This document shows positions 1 to 10,500 of a DNA stretch of 64,000 nt, piece after piece. The notes below the pieces were generated by a model. The model made no database searches and was not told the DNA's origin. It saw nothing but the letters and a program-made list of their open reading frames with translations. Made by a program: the position numbers and the translations under genes. Each line of letters opens with the position of its first letter. The stretch's first letter is position 1. Source of the DNA: Lama guanicoe (taxonomy: Eukaryota); assembly GCA_013239625.1 (NCBI GenBank), contig MU056000.1, positions 7,913,214-7,977,213 of the forward strand, in the 5' to 3' direction.

Positions 1-405
1 GATACTGCTCAGCTGATGAAATGTTATACACTCTTCATGTGGTCCATCAGCCCAAGCAGAACACTTATATGACACTTGGATCTTGGCATAATAAGAAAAC
101 ACACGTGTTTGCGGCATCTGTGACCTCTGAAATTTAAAAAATTATGTACTAAGAAATCCCATCAAGTGCAATGCGGTGCATCCTAAACCCGTGTGTCAGC
201 CTTAATGAAGAAAGAGACATTATTCTAGGCATCCTGTGGATGGTTATTGCAAAAATGCTGACAGCACCACAACTGTCCTAGTACTTTTAGTAAGTTAGTG
301 GTGCTAAATCGCACCCACGTCTATAATTTTATATGCATACATACTATCATTTTGCACACATATAATAATATACAATAAATGCATGTACAAATAAGCATAT
401 ATGTA

Positions 406-907
406 TAAACATCCCTCCCTTTATTGTACTTTGCTTTACTGCAATTCACAGACCTTGCTCTTTTTTTTTCCACAAATTGAAGGTTTATGGCAACCCTGTG
501 TCAAGCAGGTTTATCAGTGCCATTTTTCCAACAGCATTTGCCCATTCTATGTCTGCACCACATTTTGGTAATTCTCACAATATTTCAAACTTTTTCATTA
601 TTACTATACTTGTAATGGCGACTTGTGATCAGCGATCTCTGATGTTACTGTTGAAACAAGATTATGACTAGCTGAAGGCTCACATGATGGTTAGCATTGT
701 TTAGCAATAAAGTCTTTTTCTAACTAAGGTATGTACATTTTTTTTAGGTATAATGCTATGGCACACTTAATAGACTGTAGTATAGTGTAAACATAACTTT
801 TATCCACACTGGGAAACCAAAAACGATCGTGTGACTTGCTTTACTTCGAGGCACGATTTACTACGGCGGTCTGGAACTGAACCCGCAGTATCTCTGAGGG
901 CTGCCTG
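406..907 (+). mobile_element. Tigger1 internal-deletion derivative (Tigger1a_Art-like TcMar MITE)
   Basis: Tigger1 left end (..ttattgtactttgcttt..aaattgaaggtttatggcaaccctg..) is joined directly to the Tigger1 right end (..ggtctggaactgaacccgcagtatctctgagggctgcctg), with TA at 404-405 and 908-909. Confidence 0.88.
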
Positions 908-1649
908 TAGGGATGTATCTAAAAGGGGCGGCAATTCAGAAATATCTCCTTTCCTTTTCTTTGCCACAATGGGATTCATTCAGCTCCTTCCATTATTTTA
1001 TTCCAATTTAAACTCTGTAGCATCCATTTTTTCTTGCTCTTACACCCCACTGCTTGTGGGTTCCGAAGACCTGCCGAAATAGGTATTTTACCTTCCAATA
1101 AATAGCCACAGAGATTGAAAAGATGGTTATTTCTTTACAGGAATAATTTCAGTTTAAAGATCTTCAGCCCTGGAGTGTGTCAGATTAAACGACTGGAACC
1201 CCAATTATAAATAACAAAATGCTCTGATTTTGCTCTGTTTTCAGACTTTAACTCTCTGCATAGTTTATCAATACTGTTTTTAAAAACCTTCAACATATAA
1301 AATGCCAGGTGAAAAAAAGTTTCCTTATCTAATTCTGCATTTAAAAGTTACTGGATACATAAAAGCCTTGGTTTGCATTTTAAATTCTTTAAGAATTTAC
1401 AAACGTGTGTGTTATTGCATACATTTTTTCCCCCAGACTAGAAGGAAAGAGATGGTTGTCCTTGATTTTTAACAGGCTGGTAGATTTGGAGCACTAATAA
1501 TGAAGCAGGGGCTTAGGCAAGAATTTTGTTTTGTTTTAAAATTCTGCATGTACAGTAGTCAGAATCCACTTGACCTGATAAACCACCCAAAATAGCACAT
1601 TCACCCCACATCCCGTCCCCTCCTCTTCCAGACCACAACCTTTCTCTGG

Positions 1650-1825
1650 ATTTCTCCTCCGCTCCCATTTACCACCTGATATATTTCATATATATGTTTG
1701 ATTTTCTGCCCCACTCCCACCCAGAGGGATTTCAGACCATGAGAGCAGAGGTCGTACCTGGTTTACTGAATACTGAATCCCCAGGGCTGAGAGGAGTACC
1801 TGGCACACAGCAGGAAATCCATATT
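1650..1825 (+). mobile_element. L2 LINE 3' end fragment
   Basis: ccatgagagcagagg...gaatccccagggctgagaggagtacctggcacacagcagg resembles the L2 3' terminus. Confidence 0.6.
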
Positions 1826-1844
1826 ATTATACTTTTTGCACCCT

Positions 1845-1932
1845 TTTTGTAATTGAAGTATAGTCAGTTTACAAGACTGTGTCAATTTCTGGTGTGCAGC
1901 ATACTGTTTCAGTCTTACATACACATACATAG
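1845..1932 (-). mobile_element. Short L1 3' end
   Basis: aattgaagtatagtcagtttacaa..gtgtcaatttctggtgtgcagcata is the reverse complement of the L1 3' terminus seen at 52890-53140. Confidence 0.8.
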
Positions 1933-2992
1933 TTTTGAGGATGAACTTTGAAATTTTGAAATAAAGCCAACTTTCATAATCTATCTTTCAGGAGAAATGT
2001 CAGATGCCAAGCAAGTTGGTAATTACAGACAAAGACTTCTGGTGCCTAAGAAGAGATCTCAGAACTTCAGAACATGATACCACCGTGAACATGACGCTGG
2101 TCCAGCAAAGGCTATGCACGTTAAAAAACTGTTTCTCTTATAACTTTATCTTTTCATTTCATGAAGTGAGAGTACTTTTACCCACAAGTTAAAAGCCGAC
2201 ATTATGTATAAAACACTTCTGCCCTACATACACCTGCATCTTGTTTATAGGAGCCGATGCTGAATATATTAGCTAATTATAGATATGCAGACATCGTTTT
2301 CTTTAATGCAAAAAATATATAAAAGCATGCGAAATAGTGTAGTACTCAGGCCCATGGTTAAATATCCAATTTCCATTAGATGAACTTGGGCTAAATGGTA
2401 AAGAGACCTAGAAAAGTCAAACAATAAGGAAGATTATTCATAATTCAAAATTTTCTCATTCTGCTGTCACTTTTCAGGGTTTAAGACACTAAAATGGAAA
2501 AATCTACATTGCAAAGCAAATTATCATCTATTGATTCATTTCTTAGGGTGGTTATTGCAGAAAAATTAAATCTAGAGCCTGGAAGGCTAGCAAGAAGGGG
2601 AAAATGTTAGCTTTGGAAACTCTGAGAGATAATATGAAAAACTGTGAGATACTTATTAATACGGATACCCATGTTTACAGGGTAGGAGAACTGGCAAATG
2701 TGAATGACAAAATTAAAGAAATAATAATTTACTTTAAAGTTTTCCAAAGGGAATTTTCATGACAAGAATGGGAACTGGCCCGACATCTGACCAACGCTCT
2801 TGCTTTCGAGACCTTGGGCCGTCAAGATGGAACAGACTGACATGGTAAAGCCAAACGAGCCAAGGGAAAATGCTTTGTCAGTGGGAAGAATCCAGAACCT
2901 TATCTGCAGGTGGAGAGCTCCAGGAGCAGGCGGTCACGTGGCCTCCTTCAGTCAGAGGTGTGGCTGCCCAGGGCTTCCTTGCTCTATCAGGT

Positions 2993-3502
2993 TGTGTGGA
3001 CAGAATCATGCCCCCAGCCCATCCCAGAGATGCCTGTCTCCTAACCCCTGACACCTGTAAGCATGTACATTACAGGGCAAAGGGGAATTCAGGGTGCAGA
3101 TGCAATTAAGGCTGCTGATTGGCTGACTTTACAATAAAGAGTCTATCCTGGGTTTTCTGGGTGGGTCCGATGTCTTCATGAAGCCCTTTTCCATGTGGAG
3201 GAGGGAGACAGAAGGGCAGAATCCCAGAGATGGCAGCATGAGAAAGACTCACCCAGCCACCACTGGTTTTGAAGATCGAAGGGGTCATAAACCAAGGCAT
3301 ATGGGAAACCCCTAGAAACTCGAAAAGGTAAGAAAAAAGATTGTCCCCTAGAGCCTCCAGAGAGAAGCACAGCCCTGGCTTTAAGCCCAGGGAGACCAAT
3401 GGTGGCCTTCTGAGCTCCAGAGCTGTGACACAATACATTTATGTTGTTTTAAGGCACAGAGTTTGAGGTAATTTATTACAGCAGCCATAGGAAGCCCATA
3501 CA
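2993..3502 (+). mobile_element. MaLR solo LTR (MLT1D/E-like)
   Basis: TG...CA ends with MLT1 motifs (ccctagagcctccag, ttctgagctccagagctgtga, tgttgttttaag, ttacagcagccataggaa). Imperfect 5-bp TSD caggt/caggg. Confidence 0.85.
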
Positions 3503-6500
3503 CAGGGAGACTCAATCTAGTGTCCACCTATGGCTTGGTCACCAGGCGCTCTCCCTCCAGGCCTCACTGCTTCCATGAGCCCACGTGTGGGAAGCACAGG
3601 GCTGCCTGTCCATTTGTTTCCAATGCCCAAGTCACTGTCTCCTTAGTCAGGACCCAGAGATCCCCTCCTGCCTAACCTCCAGGGCTTGTTCTCTGGCTGA
3701 TGGCCTAGATCGCCTGGACCAATTGAAGTCTGGTAGGACCAAGGCAACCTCCTAGCTCTCTGTGTATCTGCTCTGTATACAGAAGTACCAAGGACAGGGC
3801 GTTGCTCTTTGCCCAATTTCTTGACTCAATGGCTAACTCACTGGCCCCTGTCCACCCGTCTGTGTTACATGATTCTCTTCTCAGATAACTTCAAGGAGGG
3901 GAGACAGAAAAAAATCTTCCTAATGGGGCAGACTGCACACTGGATGGTAGACCCTGTCCATACGAGTGATGAATGACTCACTATAACTAGTATCTTTTCA
4001 GATGGTCACTCAGAAGAATACAACCCGGCCAACTGGAAGACAAGACCTGGAGTTTTGATTTTGGTTGTTGTCCTGAATATCAAGTTTTTGGAAAGCTAGT
4101 TTGGAAGGAGGCAGCCTTCCCAAAGAGTGCCCCCCACCCCCCAACCTCCATCGTTTTAGTCCTCTTGTCGGCAAGTCCTGTTCTTGCTGGACTTGTTCTG
4201 GTAAGGAGGCCTGGTCTGGGCCTACGATTTCTCTACAGAAGGGGATGAAGCATCAAAAGAGATGAAGCAGGGAACCCGGGTTCTGAGACAACCTGTTCAT
4301 GTATCTAGTGGATTCCTCTGGTATAACCAAACATAGAAGTTTTTGTGCAAATCCTCGCACTTAATCAGAGAGTTTTTGGACAGACCCCTTCTTATGTCAT
4401 TTTTTTCTGACATTCTTCAAGGCTTAACAGGAATTTCAGGCCTCAAATGTCCTTTGGAGATGCAAGACATCTCTACTAGTGTCCAGCACTCAGCCGCTGA
4501 TCATCTTTCACAAAGTAAATGTCTAATGGTGAAATGTGGCAGTCAGTATGTTCAAAACCTTAAGGTTGCCTTTCTGCTGCCCCTACTGGATTTTGCCATA
4601 AATTCTAATCTCATTGGTATTTGTGGGTATTTGTCCCTGTTTGAGTAAAGCAGCTTGGATCTCAGGCATCCAAAGTTATGCTTGATAATCTTACCCATTG
4701 AAGACCCTGGGAATTTCTACTGTTGGGACCATCTTCAAAAGCTACTCTCTTCTTTTTCTTTTTCTTTTTCCCCCTTTTTTCTAATGGGACTTGATAATAT
4801 CCTGAAATGCAATATGGTTTCTCCAGGACCCAGGGAGTTCTATGCAGGATTATGTTTCTATTTCATTTCAGGGTGGCATCAGGGGAACCTCTTTCATCAA
4901 TTGAGAAATATCCCTGATTCTTCAAATATTCCCTGTTGAGTCACCCCTTCTAATTCTGCAGAATTTTCAAGCCAGTCTCACCTTGTCATGAGTCCACCCT
5001 CGTTTCAAGTCTGTCCACCTGCTCTTTTATCGGCCTGATAATCATTACATCATCAAAGTCATATATCAGAGTATCTTTTATCATCAGTGAGAGTGAGTTC
5101 CTTCACAGGAATCTGGGCCACGGGTAAGGGAATTAACGTTTCTTTGTGTGAGACCTGTTACAACAGACTGCTTCGTCTCTCGGGTAAAGGCAAATCAAGA
5201 TTGGCTTTTTCTCTGAAATTGGAATTGGATGGGGGAAGAATTTTCCTGATCAATGGTAGCACTGAAATCCCTGGTGCCCATTGAGTTTCCTCATTAAGTT
5301 GAATCATATTGGATACTGTCAGAGCCCTGAGGAGAACACTCTATTTAGACCCTGTTAATCTATAAAGTCAACCTAGAAAAGCTGACTGCTTTGGTCCAAC
5401 AAGTCTTTTGTATGAGGAGGTGCTGGGAGCCAGGGGACCAGTCTCTACCACCTCCTTTGTTAATACAGATATTGCCAGCACCTCCCTAGGAAATCTATTT
5501 TGTTTTAGTTTCGAGAATGCTGGACCTTGGTTGGCCAAGGGGCTCTCAGTTTATATAATCACAACCGGCTTATGGCACCATTTTTACCATACTCGTTTCC
5601 CTCATGTGTTATGGGAGCTTAAACTCACTGTGGTCTGCATGTGTCTGGGCCAGTGGGTATAAAAAATTACTCTTTGTTTTTGAACAGCTACCTTTCCATT
5701 CTCTTTCCAAACAACCTTTAATTCTTCAATATAATGGCCAGCTAAAATTACATTGATTAAGTCCAGAAAATATGGCTTCCCAGTCTCCTGCTAATCAAAC
5801 AAGCCCCAGTATGTGGCCTCAACTCTCCTGCTGGGAACATCACAAGAATAACCCCACCCCATTCCATGCAGCAGTTTGCTCTAGCAGCCAAAGGAAACTA
5901 ATATATAACCTAGAGGCAGTGTCCTCGGACAACTGGTTTTCCATTTCTTCCTTTAGTGACCATACAAACACCTCCCAAATCTAGTCTGTCCTAGGCGGCG
6001 CTGCCCCATTTTTGTCTAGCCTTTCCACGGCTGTTTGCACCAGCTTAAACACAGAATCCACCTTTACCTTTCATGGTAAGTCAGGCAAGAGTGCCCTACC
6101 TTCCTCTTGGACATCTTCAACTAATTCTAAAATTAAGAAATATGGGGTTCCTCTCAGAAAGGGCTCCCCAAATCACTATACCATCCATTATTTGAGCTGA
6201 AAAGATATTTGTTCTTATTCGGTTTGGGGCATGGTCACAGATCAATCCAAGTTGGCTTCATCTGTTCATACTGCCACTCTTTAGGGGTAATGATGGGGTT
6301 GGAGGTAATAAAGATTATTGTGCCCTTTGGGGTAAGCCTCATCTACCATGTGTTTTACTCAGTTCAGAGGGACATGGCCTCGGATTAGAGGAAAAAGCAT
6401 TAGGCTGCCTAACTACCACCTCTGATTAATTCTCATTCTACTTAAACCCTGATATCACCAATACCCACTGGAGGCTACTAGTCTTTGGTTCATGATGTCT

Positions 6501-7072
6501 TAATAACCCTGGTAATAATTTTTACCTGAATCCTTGCCTATATTCTTTGTGAAAACGTCCCAGTTCTTTCCCCCCCAAATCTCTACAGTCCCATGTCCAT
6601 GGCTCTCTGGACACGCCTAATAATGACAGATCAGACTAAATGAGACATTACTCTTTGAAGAGAACGTTCTACTCAGAGTAAGTTCTGCCCCACCCACCTA
6701 CAACACAGATATTGGCGTGCCAAGTTCAATTTTTACATTTTTTGTGTGTCAGACTTTATATTCCTGTTAAATGCCTCAGATATCTCTGCTTGCTTGGTAA
6801 GACCCAGTGGAAGCAACCCTTTGTTTGGATTATATTTTCTATACAATATAAGGTTGCAAATCTCCCAGAATCAAGGAGATGATGGTCATATTCCCCTGAA
6901 ATAGTTTCTTTCCTTTATAGATGCAAAGTCGTATGGTTTCATACTAAGAATGCTCTGGACACCAAGATGGTATTACAGAATCATTTCCATCTCTTTCAGT
7001 TTTCATAGGTCCGCCTCAAACCATCTTAACAAAGTCTAGAGTCTGGGTATCCAACCCACTTTGCACACCAAT
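3503..7072 (-). mobile_element. Highly decayed class III (ERV-L-like) endogenous retrovirus internal region with pol remnants
   Basis: Minus-strand translations give ERV-L pol motifs in the correct order: KQNRFPREVLAISVLTKEVVETGPLAPSTSSY (~5510-5410), IPISE / SQS*FAFTRETKQSVVTGLTQRNVNS (~5225-5130), LIYDFDDVMIIRP (5069-5031, degenerate YIDD), GSWRNHI (~4830), LWQNPVG..CWTLVE (~4600-4470), YTES*EVA (~3765). A degenerate tRNA-Leu-type PBS (tggtgtgcaaagtggg) lies at ~7055-7070. Many stops and frameshifts. Confidence 0.85.
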
Positions 7073-7074
7073 TT

Positions 7075-7560
7075 ACATGATTGATGTTAACAGTGCTGCG
7101 TGTTCCCGTGAGAAACTGACAGACTGGGGGCCCTTGGGAACAGTCACCAGCCACTAGAGACAAGGCGGTCTCCTGCTTTGTACAGCCAAGTTTCTCTGCA
7201 AATTAGAGACCAAGACAAGGAGTTTGAACCTAAATGGTGTAGTTACTGTTTGTTAGACCTATCTGGACATGCCAAACAAGCTTGGGGGGCAAGATTCCAG
7301 AAATTCATCTGCAGGAGGAATTGCGAGAAAGGGGAGCTCGGCAGTTGGATTCAGTAGCAGAGCCTTAATATTTAGGAAGAAGGATAATTCTGGGTAGAGC
7401 CTGGTTTTTAACTCTTGGCTCAATCAGCCTCTTTTGGAGTCTGATATGGACTGTACAAAATGCGGAGGCTATAAGTAAAACAGGTGACATCTGCTTTATC
7501 TTGCTGCTTTCCCAGTCCATATAAGAAACAGAAACACTAAGTCAGGAGTGGTACAGAGGC
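7075..7560 (-). mobile_element. Putative 5' LTR of the ERV-L element (family and far boundary uncertain)
   Basis: Lies immediately upstream of the PBS on the minus strand. Inferred from position only. Confidence 0.4.
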
Positions 7561-10500
7561 ATTCTCACCACTTTGACGTTTCTAGACTTTGAAAGATCTA
7601 CCAGATGCATGGCAGGGGTGACGGTTGACACAAGGACATGGTGGTTCCCACTAGAAGGGGCAACACTGCCTGGCAAGGGCAGCAGGTTGGCAAAATACAC
7701 TGATGGAGGGAGTCAGAAGTGCTTGGCAGGCCAAACCAGGAACGAGCCATCGGTATAATGATAGCAGTCAAGGACGGCTTGCTTGTAATCACCATCATTG
7801 CCTCCTGTGGGCATCAGGTACCCTCTCTGTGCAGCCAACAGCAGCAAGGGAGGAAGGAAATGGTGCCTCTCATCCCATAGCTGACAGGCATGTTTCTGAA
7901 CAAAGATACCTTCTAGGTGACCAACGGAAATCACCGGGGGTGTCTCTGGTGGGGAAAGGGGTGACTCTGGAGTATCTTTATCAGCAGAAAGAGGAAATAT
8001 CCCGTGAAACATGTATTCAGGTACATCTTTTACTGAAAGAACTCTGATGACATTTCAGCATCTCTGTTGATAGAGAGTTCTTTCTCTTGTGATCTGATTT
8101 CAGTATCTCTTAGAACAGCGTGGAGTTGTTGTAGCCTGCTAACAGGGGACCCGGTTCTCACCCCGCCTCCTCAGCTCCACCCTGCTTCTCACCAGGAGTC
8201 CCCAGACCAGTTCCATCTTGAAAGGAGAACTCTAGGAGACAATCTGAGGGAAGCATTCTGCCAAATGTGCAAGCCACCAGTTTACCATTCATATGTGACG
8301 TTATTTGTGTCACCGAGGTGCAAGAGAAAAATAGAAGGGGGATATTTATGGGGGAAATATTTTATTCCTGGTATGCTTCCCCATCGCCTGTGAAGGCGGT
8401 AAAATCTATATAAAACATCAAAATTGAGAGTATTTGCATTATATATAAAAGAATAGGGGATGCCCAGAAAGAGAACCCTTTTCTCCACTAGTGGACCAGG
8501 AAGGGGAGAAACTGGCTTAAATGCTATACATAGAGGTGGTGGCAACAGAAGAGACAGTAGTTAAAGCAGAATGAAATGGAGGAGGTGTCAGGGAATCGGG
8601 GAGGTCTGGGGAGGTTCACTGGGATCTAAGGGTAACGCAGAGAGGACCTCCCACTTCATACATCTTTTTATTTTCCAGCCTCCTAGAATCTGATTTCTAA
8701 CCCTCATTCCCAGCCTCCCTTCATTCAGTGCACACAATGGAGTCTCAAAACTTACACACCCTTCCCAAAATGACACGGTGACTGTCTCCTCGCTCCCTTT
8801 CAAGTGTCTCTCTTTTCCGGGAGCCCCTGCCCCTGACAGCAGATCCCATCGCCTGTGGTTTGTAGCAGGGATGGGCTCCACTCCTGCCCCAAAATGCACA
8901 GGGAAGGTACGGGGAACCTGCATTCTAAGCAGAGTGTTGGAGGTAGATTCCTGGAATAGTTTTGGCCTCTCCCCGGAAATGCAAAGAGACCGGATATTAC
9001 AGTCTTACTCACCCACTGCTGCAGTTTCACCCACTGCTATAGCTCAGGGACATTTGGGGTTAATGAGGCTCTTGTGAACTGTCCTGGGGAGCCTGCTCTC
9101 CTTATATACCACCGTTCGCAGGGAAAATGCATCTCAGCTGTAAGATCCTTTCCTTCAAACAATCTTTGGAAACTGAAGGCAGCCAAAGGAGATGCAGAAA
9201 TCGTTCCATATGTAAAATTAAATGCTAATAACAAAAGAGTTAATGTCTACTCGGTGTTTTACTTTTATTCAAGAGGCAAATTAATGAAGAAGGATTGTAA
9301 ATGCAGAAGAGAAATTTGAATTTTGAAGAGCCCTTGACAAAAGAGATTTTTTTTCTTTCACTTACATTATGGGTTTGGTTAAAAAGTGCACTGGGGCTAC
9401 CAAGCATGAACAGTCATCAAGTAATGATCACCTACAGCTTTCCTCAAAACACTTAAAAAACACTTGTAATAATGAAGTGCACCTAATAAGGAAGACGTGA
9501 AAAAACACCTCCAGGATAGTCTGGGTATAAAGATACATTTCTTCCAATAAGAATCTGATTCTGAGAAACTGAAATGCGAGCTAGAAACCCACATACACCG
9601 AAAATAAGTCAGACAGGCTCTTGTCCTCCACGGTATCTGGCTCTGGTGGTGTTTTCCGCACTTCCAGGATGGCGCACACCAGCACGCAGAAAGCAGGGCC
9701 GTTAATGAATTTGCAAGTTCCATCAGGGTGAGGAGGTCTGCCACTGGATGTAGAGTGAAATGGAACAACAATTTTGGTGAAGTGATCAGAGGCTCAAAAG
9801 AGATGAGAGCAAGATCATTTACTTAGAGTGGATTAATGAAACAGGTCATGGAAATACAGGAGAGCACAGAACTGCAATGAAATCACAAAAGGGAGAAGTG
9901 AGCGTCCTAAGGCATGTGTGAGCCTAATGTGATGTGGACGCTCCTTGTGCTGTTTCAGCCCGTAATTTGGTAAAATGTTGTCCCTAGTTCTCTGTGCCAG
10001 GAAAACCTAGAGACTGTTTGGAAAGGGAAAAATCAAAAGGATGACAGATAAACAAGAGACCTCTTTCTTGGTTCAATGATTTAGAGGTCTCTCACTCAAA
10101 GTCTACTGGTGGTGAATCGGCAGCAATAAGAAGCAAAGTGTTTGCAGAAGGACAGAAGCCAGGTTTTTTCCTGCCATCTCTCTTAAAAGTCAAAGGCAAA
10201 AAATATCTTTAATGCCAGCTGAGGAAATTCAGGGTGGATGTGAAGTTGGACTGTGTCCCTGAATAAGGGGTTCGCTCTTCAGGTAGAGGTCTTCTTTTCT
10301 AAAATACGACATAGGAAATGTGCCAAGAGAAAAAAAAAGCCTGGTGAGGAATCACTAAGATAGATTGGGGTCCTCTACCTGTGATGCAAATGTAACAGAC
10401 TGACATTTACACAGGTCATCTGTTTCTTTTGTTAATTATCAGAAAGAACACACACCAATTCAGGCAGCGGGCTGATAAAAAAGATAACTCATTAAAATAG

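Noticed and set aside
10055..10092. 10-bp inverted repeat agagacctct/agaggtctct
   Set aside because: An isolated short stem with no other support for a structured RNA.
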